Shown here piece by piece: positions 1 to 10,879 of a stretch of 64,000 bases of DNA (within the stretch, counting starts at the first letter, position 1; every line of letters starts with the position of its first letter). The notes beneath the pieces were generated by a model. That model was given only the letters and a program-made list of their open reading frames with translations, did not search any database and had not been told where the DNA came from. Origin of the DNA: Leucoraja ocellata (taxonomy: Eukaryota); contig JAWMAR010000152.1 in assembly GCA_036785375.1 (NCBI GenBank), positions 2,170,001 to 2,234,000 on the forward strand, given 5' to 3'. Made by a program: the position numbers and the translations under genes.

Positions 1-290
1 CTTTGAAGGTGCAGCAGGCAATTCAAAGAGCAAATAGAATGTTGTTTTCATTGCAAGGATTGAATTGCAAGATTAAGGATATGTTTGAGATTGCACCAGG
101 CGTGCACCTGTGTGCAAGATTTTGGCAAGATAGATCCACAAAAATGATTCCTGAATGAAGGGGTTGCCTTATTGGAGAGAGAATGAATTAAAAAATGACC
201 CATACTGGTTTAGAGGTCAAAGAAATGATCTCTTGGCAATTCTGAGAAAGTTTGAGGGAGTACGTTTTACGAGGCTATTTCTTCAGACTC
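1..290 (+). mobile_element. Degenerate CR1/HER1-type LINE fragment (RT 3' region)
   Basis: Resembles CR1 RT C-terminal DNA (gcaaatagaatgttg..., gaatgaaggggttgccttat...gagaga); reading frame decayed. Confidence 0.45.
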
Positions 291-912
291 AAGAATCCAG
301 ATTTGCCAACCAAAAATTGAACTATTTGGATGATTCCCACAGTCTATGTCCTTGTGGTTATGGCAGGTACATTTTAAATGTATGGTTTCTGGCACAGCTA
401 TCTTTTCAAGCTGCAAAGTCCAGACTTCCACTGCTCCTTTGGGTAGAAAGGAGGAAGGTTTTCTTGACTCCCTTCTAAACTTTCTGCCAATTTTACTTTT
501 CATTTCTCTAGATATCAACCCTGCTTGCCATGGAAATAGGTCCTTGTTCTCTAATTTTGGTCATGATTCAATTTTAAACCTTTTTTAATTCTTTGTGGTC
601 TATGGTCTAATAACCTTATTGTTTAAGCTCTCTTGCAATTTTAAACATCAGACTTGAGTTGTGCAAAACCTATTTTTTGAATGAGAGTTCAGGTTTACAA
701 TTCCGTGCACGTAATTACGACCCTCCGAGAGTTGTTATGCTCTCTGTATTCTCCCATGCATTATTATCCTTTTCAGAATTTAATGCTCAAAAGACATCTG
801 GAATGTGGAGTTACATAATTTATGTTTACATTTTCTGTTCTAATTCCATTATGTCTTAGCTGACTTGTCATAGCCCGTGAGATCCAAGGAAATTGTAACA
901 ATAGATAATTTA

Positions 913-2100
913 AGGGCCTGTCCCACTAACGCGACTGTTTTCGACCTTCAAGCTCGAGGGCACTTGCCTGAAAAACCTCGAGCTGAATCGACCGTCGGCG
1001 ATGAAACCGCGAGTCGGATCGACCGTATGCATACATGCGCGCGCACGCACGCGGCGGGGGCCAGGGAAAGCGGGGGAGCGCTGTCTGAAATTCACACCTG
1101 CGATGAACAGGAGGATAAAAGACGGCTGGCACAGTTGTGGTAAGTCCTTCAGAGAGCGTGGAGAGGGGGGTGGAAGAAGGAGTGGAGACACTTTTAAGAA
1201 GCCAGAGAACTTTTAATAAAAGGTTACACAGAAAAGCTGGAGAAACTCAGCAGGTGCAGCAGCATCCATGGAGCGAAGGAAATAGACAACGTTTCGGGCC
1301 GAAACCCTTCTTCAGACTGATCGGGGGTGGGGGTGGGTGGGGACAAGAAAGGGAAAAGGAGGAGTAGCCAGAAGGCTGGAGGGTGGGAGGAGACAGCAGG
1401 GGAGCTGAGGAAGGGGAGGAGACAGCAAGGACTAACAGAATTGGGAGAATTCGATGTTCATGCCCCGGGGGTGTAGACTCCCCAAACGGAATATGAGGTG
1501 CTGTTCCTCCAATTCCCGGTGCTGCTCGCTGTGGCCATGGAGGAGACCCAGGACAGAGAGGTCGGAGGCGGAGTGGGAGGGGGAGTTGAAGTGCTGAGCC
1601 ACCGGGAGGTCAGCTTGGTTATTGCGGACCGAGCGGAGGTGTTCGGCGAAACGATCGTCCAACCTCCGCTTGGTCTCACCGATATAGATCTGCTGGCATC
1701 TAGAGCAGCGGACGCAACTTTTAATAAAGTTTAGCGGGCATTTAAACAATACTGGTCAGTTTACTTTTTTCTCAACAAGCTTTACATTTGATTTCCTTTG
1801 ATTACCTACGATAGCATTACTGCCTACCTCGACTAAATCTACGAGTAAAAAAATATTGATTTTTTTTTCTTCTTTTTTTTTCCCCCCCCCCTTGACCTTT
1901 TTTTACTCGCGGGCATTTTTCAGCTTGCTGAAAAAAGCGCCGCAACCTAATTGATGCCTCGAGTACGCAGGGATTACTCTCAAGCATGAAGGGGAGTTAC
2001 AAAGACCTCCTAGGACCTCGTGTCGGCCATGCTGCGAGAATGAGTCGAGGGCAAACTCTTCTAAAGTCGCGAATTAGGTCCCCGCAGTGGGACAGGCCCT
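913..2100. mobile_element. Non-autonomous DNA transposon with 15-bp TIRs and TTA target duplication (PIF/Harbinger-like), interrupted by a PLE insertion
   Basis: AGGGCCTGTCCCACT (913-927) and its exact reverse complement AGTGGGACAGGCCCT (2086-2100). TTA at 910-912 and 2101-2103. CpG-rich interior with no transposase ORF. Confidence 0.8.
1221..1715 (-). mobile_element. 5'-truncated Penelope-like element: GIY-YIG endonuclease C-terminus plus 3' pLTR with hammerhead motif
   Basis: ORF 1432-1749(-) reads RCSRCQQIYIGETKRRLDDRFAEHLRSV...HFNSPSH...LEEQHLIFRLGSLHPRGMN. Perfect 13-bp TSD AACTTTTAATAAA at 1208-1220 and 1716-1728. Confidence 0.92.
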
Positions 2101-3819
2101 TTAATTGATGTAATACACTGTCAATATCTTTCAGTGTTTCATAGAATGTGATTAATTTCTTAAATAACATTTTGCTTTTGTATATCATCACACAGGTTCA
2201 GATACATAACCAAATGCATCTCTTTAATAATGATGTTCCAAAAGTCTAAATTGTAATTCTGCTATCATTCATTCTGTAATTTGGAGTTATCCTCTGAAGA
2301 TATAGCCGATGCTACACAGTCAAAACTTTAATGACAATTAATGGCCAGTGGCTTTGTGTACCCTGTTACCGATTCGGATTTCTTTATTGACCTATATGCC
2401 AAGGTGCAATGAAATTCCTTGTTCACATGAAGCTTGCAAACAGTAATAATAAATACAGTGGCAAGTACAAGTGTAAAACAACAAACTTGTCTAATTACTT
2501 GGCTAAATTTTTCATTTATTGTCACTAGCCTCAAAAGTTGCATTTATTCACCAAAATAAATGGGGAAGTGCGCCTGGAAAATCCGTGCAATATTTTCATG
2601 ATATAAATATTGATTAGTTCTTATATATACATCCTAAAATAGGGTGTCAAGTTTGGTTGATCTGAGTGAGTAAATGTGCTGCTTAAAAAAAACAAAAACA
2701 TTTTTGCAATTCCAATCCAAGTATTTATTTTTGAATGCGCCACTTGTTTATCTGCTTTCTGTTGTGCCAGAGGTGGATAAATGTTTGCTAGTCCCTTGCA
2801 TTTCTCTCCAAGTGAGAACTTAAATCTTGATTAGAAAATGGAAGAGAATACTGTTTTCCTCAAAGGTTCTATAACTGATAAGTCACAGTTTTTGAAGGTG
2901 ACAAAGGGAATTTGGTGCCGCTTGATAGAAAAGTCTTAATGGCTAATCGGGCAGTATTGCAATGACAACTGGCTAACTTGTTTATTCTAATATACCATTT
3001 GAGTTAATTTATTTCCTTTAATGAAGAAAATCTCAATTTTTCCATGTGGTGTGTGAGCAACAAACCTGAAACTTTGTGGAGGATTATTAATAGAATAATT
3101 GATATTTGCATTATTTGGTTTTAAATGTGCCCGCCTCCCTTTGGCAGCAGTCCAGCTTATACTGTTCATTTTATGAGAAATGATTCTTGCTTCCCGGTGA
3201 GCTCTGTTTTTAACCCTTCAGCCCTTTGGTAATGAAATCCATTTTTAACTGCCACCCCTATAGTATGGCATTAATATAATCAATGAAACTTTGTCTAGAA
3301 ACGAGCTACACAAAGATGTGGTCGGAGAAGAGACAAGGAAACAATTGTATTTGTAATAGAAATGCACAATACTTGGTTTAGCTGGTATTCGGGAGGAGAA
3401 TAAATTTTTGAATAGGATAATTACACTTTAAATAAGCTGCTTACACATTTGCCTTTCCCATTTTGGCAGTGCTGGCAATAGACAGTATTCTTCTTTACAA
3501 TCCAAAACAATTCAAGCTTTAGATATAAATTGGCATAACTAGAAAATGATGCCCTTCAGGGTGGCTTCTTATGAATAAAATTGCACAAAAGACAAGGTAG
3601 AGTTGGGCAATGAATTGAAGAACTGCTCAATTCTAGAATTTGACCAAGTGAAATTTTGTAAGCTCAGTTTCAATAATAAAAATTCCATTCTTGCAAATAA
3701 TTTTTTTAATATTTCTGAGTTTGAGTCTAAAATGTGGATTAAGTTTATAAAATATATTTAAAATATGCCTGGTGGTTGAGAGATTGGAACCAAGAGCTTC
3801 AACCGTGTGAAAAAAATCT

Positions 3820-4030
3820 TGTGGCTCTATTTTACAGAGCAGACTGGTTCTTTGTCATGGCCAAATTTCATTCCTTAGCCAATGTACTACAACGGTTCGA
3901 GTCATTTATCTAATTGCTGTGTGACTGTTAAATTGCTGTGCATTAGTTAGCTATCGTGTTTCTCTATGTTACAAGACATCAAAAGGATTTTAAATACGAT
4001 AATAATCTTTGGACCCCAAAGTCTTGAAAA
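3820..4030 (+). mobile_element. Old Deu-domain SINE relic (SacSINE1/AmnSINE-like)
   Basis: gtcatttatctaattgctgtgtg...ttgctgtgcattagttagctatcgtgtttc resembles the Deu core; heavily diverged. Confidence 0.4.
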
Positions 4031-4279
4031 CTCAGCATTTTTTATTGGCTTTTATAATCCACTGTATTTTGCTGAACATTTACTTGAAATTAAAATGAGG
4101 TTTTAACCTCTATTGATGAAACTCTTTGTTCAAGTTTAGTTGAGGAGTATTCTGCTATTTTGTGCACAAATGTTGTATTTGACTAACTTCTACGATTTCT
4201 ATTGAAGGCTGCTGGTTAGAGACCAGCGAGTTCAGATATTCAAAAAATTGAAGGTAACAGTTTTAGAATATGAAGCTCA

Positions 4280-4810
4280 ATGGTTCCTGGGCAGTAATAT
4301 ACTTTGAGCTGTAAGAGTGCAAAAGCGAGGAAGTTAAACTAAACCTTCTAAATCCTTGGTTATGCCCTAAATGGAGTGCTGTGTGCTGTTCGGGCCACCA
4401 TACTTGAACAAGGATGTTGATGCCTCTGAAAAAATATATGGTGGAGCAAATGAAGCAATTCAGTTGTGTACAGAAACTTGAAGTTTTGTCTTGCATTATA
4501 GAATGTTCAGGGGATATTTACAATATCTTAAACTACGAAGAGTTTTTATTAGAGTAAACTGCTTTGTCAGGAAGGTTGATAACGCAAGTGTGTAGATTTA
4601 AGATTGTTGCCACAGGAGACAGAGAAAATATAACAATGCACTGTCATTAAAAGATAGCAGAAGATTCAATAGTAGCCTTCAAAAAGGGAGTTGGATAAAT
4701 ACTTGTAAATAATTGCAGGCTCTGAGGAAGTTGGTGGAATTAATTTTGAATTCTGTCAGAGCCAGTATGTGCATGGTTAAGCCGAATGGTTTCCTTGTCT
4801 TCTGTATGAT
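4280..4810 (+). mobile_element. Degenerate CR1/HER1 LINE 3' fragment
   Basis: Decayed LVRPHLEYCVQFW-like DNA at about 4355-4400, and CR1-type tail (ccttcaaaaagggagttggataaatac...gccgaatgg...tgtatgatt). Confidence 0.5.
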
Positions 4811-5952
4811 TTCCAGAATATGACAGATTTCCAGAAATAATTTTTTCTTATAGCCCGAAGTTCCCAGCAGAAATTGTACTCCTCGTTACTACTTCAATAA
4901 CCCCACCTTCCAAGTTGGCTGATAAACATTATCGATCTAATTCCACTGAATCCAAAACAGCATCAAGTATGAAAACTCTGGTCTTGAGCATGCAGAGTTG
5001 TTTTTCGTTATTAAACTTGTTTGACTTCATATTTACTCCTACCTCCAGCACAGCAGAAGAAATGAATGTAATTCAAGCCTGAAGGCTGGGTTTGGACAGT
5101 TTGCTTGTGGGAGTTGAAATTTGCCCATCCTTCTGGCACTGCTGATATTCTGACGGTTCTTTGAAGATTGTTTATTCTTACAATGTTTTAAGTGTTTAAT
5201 GTTTTTCATCTATAACAGATGTCAGATGAATATGACGGTGTCAGTGGAGATCTATCTATTAAAAGTAAAATATTACTGTATTGCCTTCAATATTGGGCTT
5301 CTAAGTCAATATCAGAAGCCTAACATCTATGAGCTGATCTCTATTTTATCCTGCTAAATCCGATTATGGTAGACTGGCGGCAAACTTGGAGTTAAAGGTA
5401 AATCCAGGTCTACAAACCTGCCGGCAATAAGCAGAAACTAAATGTAACAGCAGGAATGCTGCCTGACTATTTACAGGCACTGAGCTTCAAAGCTTGTAGA
5501 CCAGTATGAAACTGGCTTTTAACTTGCCCCTTTTCTTTCCTGATGTGTTGACATTTTGTGTGTCTACAGAAAGTTGTTTTTGTCTCTTCTGAAGCTGGTG
5601 TAAAGTTTCACAGGTGACAAGAGCAGCAACCTTGCAGTATCTTGCAAAGTAGCCATTAATTGGATAATCCTGGACAGTAAACATCTCAAAGCTGCCTCAT
5701 TTAATGTCCATGTGTACACATTCTACAGTGTCACTGCACATCATTTGGAGTCATGAGAAGTTGATATGATTTCTCACCCTACTCTGGGGCATGAGGACAA
5801 GTAAAATCTGCTCTAACCTGGTGAAAACCATAAGCTTTACATTCTTGCTCAGCAATGTCTATTTACTGCCACTAAATTACTGGTGGAAAGGAATAAGAAC
5901 ATAAATAATTTATTCAAGGAGTATAAATACAGAATTTCGTGAGTTAAGATGT

Positions 5953-6004
5953 TTTTTGGTTCCAAAACTTGTCAGAAGTTTTTGGTTCCAAAACTTGTCA
6001 GAAG
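5953..6004. repeat. Perfect 26-bp tandem duplication
   Basis: tttttggttccaaaacttgtcagaag at 5953-5978 and 5979-6004. Confidence 0.9.
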
Positions 6005-6092
6005 TGTTTTTCTTTTTTAAATCCACTATCAATCTTCAAGATTCCTCCCTTCACCTTGCTATGCGGCAATAGATTGATTTAGGGTGAAGAGG

Positions 6093-6817
6093 GTGGCGCT
6101 TCTATGGCAGCCTCGCGTACAGTCTGTCTGTTTTCGTCTTTTTTTTGTTCTTTTTAGTGTGTTTAAAAAGTATATGTTAATGTTCACTGGTTTGTTTTAT
6201 GTGGGGGGTGGGCGGTGAGGTTGGGGGAAACTTTTTTCAATCTCTTACCTTGCCGGAGATTTTTGGATCGTATCTCCAGTTGCTCTGCGGCCTAACATCG
6301 TGGAGCTGGAGGCCTTGCTCAGGACTGACTTTGAGCCCCACTCAAAGCATGGACTTGCAATCGGAGCCGATCCCTTGCCTGGGATCGATGCTCCAACTGC
6401 GGCCTGCGGACTTTAACATAAAGGAGCTCGCAGTCTCTGGTTGAGACTGACGGCGGAAGCTCCAAAAGGCGCATGACGTTCGACTAGCCACGACCCTGGG
6501 TAGATCGCCCGTCGCGGGGGAGATGAGATTCCCCCCCGATACAGGAGCTTGATTGGCACGCCGCCGGCTACGGAAGTAAGATCGTCCCGTCAATGGAAGG
6601 TAAGTGGCCCCCAACTGCTGGAGGACAAAGAAGGGAGAGATTGAACTTTTTTTCACCTTCCATCACATTGAGGAATGTGGAGGAGTCGCTGTGGTGGATG
6701 TTCATGTTAAATTGTATTTTGTGTGTTCTGTTGCTTTTTATTGGTATGACTATGGCAAATCAAATTCCTCGTTTGTTGCAAAACATACTTGGCTAATAAA
6801 GTATGATTATGATTATT
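6093..6817 (+). mobile_element. Unclassified CpG-rich non-autonomous retroposon with LINE-like 3' tail
   Basis: Sharp CpG-rich block in AT-rich intron, ending in aaattcctcg...cttggctaataaa and (ATGATT)n. No coding capacity. Boundaries approximate. Confidence 0.6.
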
Positions 6818-7225
6818 TAAGAGATACAGGTTTACTTGGCCAGCTTTGAAAGAATTCTTAATTATATTACAAAAACATGACAGCATTTTGTGTTGCCTTA
6901 TTACAATTGCAGCACTATTTCTCAGCGTTGTTTTGGTTGATAAACGTTCTTGCAATCCATCTTATTTAAAGGGAGGATTATGAGGTGTGTCGTTCTAAAA
7001 TTTGTTTTGGTTGTAGTTTCTGAAATTATTGGAATGTTTTCAAGTCATGCAAAGTTTTGAGCATATTTGAGTCTTCTTTAGGTCAATTGGGCTCCAAAAC
7101 TGAATGTGCTTTTCATTGGTGAAAGTTATTTCTGTTCTTAGGCCTTGGTTTTGTAACTCCCTTCCAAAATGTATAATCATTCGTGCCGTCTCTCTGTCTC
7201 TGAGACGACTTTAAAATCCTTTTGT

Positions 7226-7341
7226 GGAGGAAGGAACTGCAGATGCTGGTTTAAACTGAAGATAGACACAAATAGCTGGAATAACTCAGTGGGACAAGCA
7301 GCATCTCTGGAGAGAAGAAATGGGTGACGTTTCGGGTTGAG
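7226..7341 (-). mobile_element. PLE-derived short repeat, hammerhead core truncated
   Basis: aaggaactgcagatgctgg...gggtgacgtttcgggttgaga, flanked by near-duplicates aaaatc(c)ttttgt at 7213-7225 and 7342-7353. Confidence 0.8.
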
Positions 7342-8506
7342 AAAATCTTTTGTCTGTCTGTGCTTTGACAGCCTTTTACCTATGTTTTCCCTCTTTCTAT
7401 TGCGGACTTGTGTAAGGATATTCAGAGATGCTGTCTAATCTTTGCAGTGCATGATGTAAATAGAATTTGTTCCATGCACTCTAACTAGAAATCTCTATCA
7501 GATTTAAACCTGTACAACATAAGCCATTGAGTTGGAACCACAATGCACAGACACCCAAGTAAGGCTGTTATTCAATTAGATTCAACACTTTAAGTGACTG
7601 TAAAATAGTTTATTTGAATTTTATATTGTCCTGCAGTGTTGTGCATATAAAAACAATTGAAAGAAATACACATATGCCTGAGACTTGATTGAGGAGTGCA
7701 AGACTGTTCCCTCTGACACTTCCACTTGTTCCTATCAAATTTCTATTGAGTAAAATAATACTGATCTAATGGTAAATGTATGTGCCACTATAACTGGAAT
7801 AACCAGTTTTCTTTATCTTCAGAATGTGTCAGTTTCACTTAATTTAATGTGATTTGAAAAAAAGGTTTGCGTGCAAGTAATTCTATATGTCAGAAATGTA
7901 GCACAGCTTACTTGCTTGTACTACTGTTGCCTTTCCACAAGCATTGGATAATTTGTATCCCGGTGAGTAATTGTCACCTTTATTCTAAGAGTAAAATCGT
8001 TTTTGTTAATCTGATATTTGATGAAGAATGGATTCAAAATTTAAATCAAAAATAAACTTCATCTGGAACTTCCCCTCAGTCATGGAATGAGCATGAAGTG
8101 AGTGTGGTGTGGTGAAGCTGACATTTAAACACTGAAACCAAAGCGTTGCAGTTTTAAAGATGTACCTTTTTAGTAGCTTCAAAAAATTGGGCTTTACAGA
8201 ATGAATGAGAGCTCTTCTTAAAATTAAACCTTTTTAGTGCTTTGCATTGTAGATGACAACTGCAAAAGATCTCTTGGTGAAAGATATTTCTTGCTGCCTT
8301 CATTCTGAAAGGCTTATAATGCAGAGAAGCTTGGTTGAATGATGAAGTAATAAATTGGAGTCCTCTGAATTTCTCTACTCCATATTTTTCCTTTAAATGT
8401 AATACACTCAAATCAAAGTCAGTCTCCGGATGGGATGAATATGGAAACTCTCAGTTGAGTGTATTTGAATCCTGAAACTGCAATGCAGCTGTAATTCAGT
8501 TTACAT

Positions 8507-8633
8507 TTCAGATTCAGATTCAATTTTAATTGCCATTGTCAGTGTACAGTATAGAGACAACGAAATGCATTTAGCATCTCCCTGGAAGAGCGACATAGCA
8601 AACAATTTGAATAAATAATAATAAGTGTAGTGT

Positions 8634-8680
<47 letters not shown>

Positions 8681-9772
8681 GGTGGTGATTGGGTAGTCAC
8701 AGAGGTACATGTGGTGATTGGTAGTCACAGAGGTACATTGTTGAGTAGAGTGACAGCCGCCGAAAGAAGCTGTTCCTCGACCTGCTGGTTCGGCAACGGA
8801 GAGACCTGTAGCGCCTCCCAGATGGTAGGAGGGTAAACAGTCCATGGTTGGGGTGAGAGCAGTCCCTTGGCGATGCTGAGCGCCCTCCGCAGACAGCGCT
8901 TGCTTTGGACAGACTCAATGGAGGGGAGCGAGGAACCGGTGATGCGTTGGGCAATTTTCACCACCCTCTGCAATGCCTTCCGGTCGGAGACAGAGCAGTT
9001 GCCATACCATACTGTGATGCAGTTGGTAAGGATGCTCCCGATGGTGCAGCGGTAGAAGTTCACCAGGATCTGAGGAGACAGATGGACCTTCTTCAGTCTC
9101 CTCAGGAAGAAGAGACGCTGATGAGCCTTCTTGATCAAAGTAGAGGTATTGTGGGTCCAAGAGAGGTCATCGGAGATGTTGACTCCCAGGAACCTGAAGC
9201 TAGAAACACGTTCCACCTCCGTCCCCTTCCTGAAGTCTACAATGAGCTCCTTGGTCTTCTTGGAGTTAAGGGCCAGGTTGTTGTCAGCGCACCATGCTGC
9301 TAAGTGCTGGACCTCCTCCTTGTAGGCCAGCTCATCGTTGTTGCTGATGAGGCCAATCACCGTTGTATCATCTGCATACTTGATTATGGTGTTAGTACCA
9401 TGTACAGGTGTGCAGTCATAGGTGAAGATGGAGTAGAGGAGGGGGCTCAGCACACAGCCCTGTGGAACGCCGGTGTTCAGGGTGAGGGTTGAAGAGGTGT
9501 GCTTGTCTAACCTCACAGACTGGGGTCTGTTGGTTAGAAAGTCCAGTATCCAGTTGCAGAGGGAGGGGTCGATGCCCAGGTTACCGAGTTTGGTGATCAG
9601 TTTTGATGGTATAATGGTGTTGAATGCTGAGCTGTAATCGATGAACAGCATTCTTACGTAAGTGTCTCTGTTGTCGAGGTTGGAGAGGGCGGAGTGAAGT
9701 GCCGTTGAGATGGCATCCTCCGTACTCCTGTTCTTGCGGTAGGCAAACTGATATGGATCCAGTGTGGGGAGA
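8507..9772 (-). mobile_element. 5'-truncated Rex1/Babar-type LINE (RT domain)
   Basis: ORF 8725-9825(-): [18 protein letters not shown]...[11 protein letters not shown]...[12 protein letters not shown]...KYADD; (GAATCT)n 3' tail at about 8507-8522. Confidence 0.9.
8636..8679 (+). repeat. 44-nt poly-G tract inside the LINE 3' UTR
   Basis: Uninterrupted G run, followed by a roughly 28-bp tandem duplication gtggtgattgg(g)tagtcacagaggtacat. Confidence 0.9.
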
Positions 9773-10310
9773 CTTAAATATAATTGATATTTGTTCATTT
9801 CTAGCATAAGCATTGTTATGCACATGTAGTATTTAATAACTTAAACTCCTACAGCCAGTTTGATGGATATTAAAGTGGTGAATCAGCTCCTTCATTTTGC
9901 TGAATTGCAAGGAGGAAGGAAAAAATATTCTTTGGGCCAAATCTTGTTACTGCTAATTGATTGACTAACTGACTTTCTTTTGAATGAGCACAGGGATTGG
10001 GTGCCAGTGCAAATGGCAAAGAATGAGACATTTGATGAGTATGATGGTTTGGACGGCAGCAGAGTTTTTGAGACCTTTGAACTTTGTGCTTGGGATGCTA
10101 GTAATGAGGATATTGGTGAAAGTTGGGATAAGGAAAATTTGATAAAGTTGGCATCACTTTGGGGGATAAAGTGTACAATGTGCAAGAGATGGATGTTGCT
10201 GTGGCAATGGATAGAATGTGAGTTTGAAACTTTGTACACAGCGTCACAAACAAATTGTATCATTTAGAATCTGAAGATTTTATGCCATGAAAAATCAATG
10301 CAATGGTACA

Positions 10311-10605
10311 TGTGTAGAAAGGAACTGCAGATGCTGGTTTACACCGAAGATAGACACAAATTGCTAGAGTAACTCAGCGGATCAGGCGGCAACTCTGGGG
10401 GGAAAAGGAATATGTGACATTTCAGGTCGAGACCCTTCTTCAGACTGGGACTCGGTGAAGAGAGAAACTAGAGGTATGAAAAGGTACAGAACAAATCAGA
10501 GCCGGCACTGCTGATCATGAAAAGGTGGAGCACAGAATGGTCTATTGTTGGCTGTGAAAGAGGTGATAACAAAAAGATACAAACACTGAAACTAGCAGGA
10601 AGACT
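10311..10605 (-). mobile_element. PLE-derived repeat with hammerhead-like core and extra pLTR sequence
   Basis: tgtgtagaaaggaactgcagatgctgg...gtgacatttcaggtcgagacccttcttcagact. The right boundary is approximate. Confidence 0.8.
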
Positions 10606-10879
10606 AAGCAAGGGTTTCACTGTTAAACTGTTAATGGATTTTCTCTTCACACCAGGGTTGCACTAAGAGTATAATCATGTTCTGCAAAGGATTACTATAA
10701 TTCATGAACATCACTAATAGATTGGAATTTCTGTTTAGTAAGAACCAGGTCTCCTAAGCTATTTTGCGATAAAATGGCAAGTCCTTGTGGACACAGAAGG
10801 TAACAATTCCATTTAATACTCGCCTAGCACTGAGGGCTGTTTAAGATTGTGATAAGAATTGTGTTGTGTTAAGAAGAGG

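Noticed and set aside
940-1200. CpG island or IKZF4 promoter
   Set aside because: The CpG richness lies wholly inside the TIR-bounded transposon. No promoter or first exon can be supported in this window.
8725-9825. 366-aa ORF as a host gene or active RT
   Set aside because: 5'-truncated LINE: the N-terminal residues come from flanking DNA, there is no endonuclease, the segment after VDFRK looks deleted, and the C-terminus is frameshifted.
9980-10267. 95-aa ORF as an exon or small gene
   Set aside because: No recognisable domain or convincing splice sites; possibly decayed retroelement sequence.
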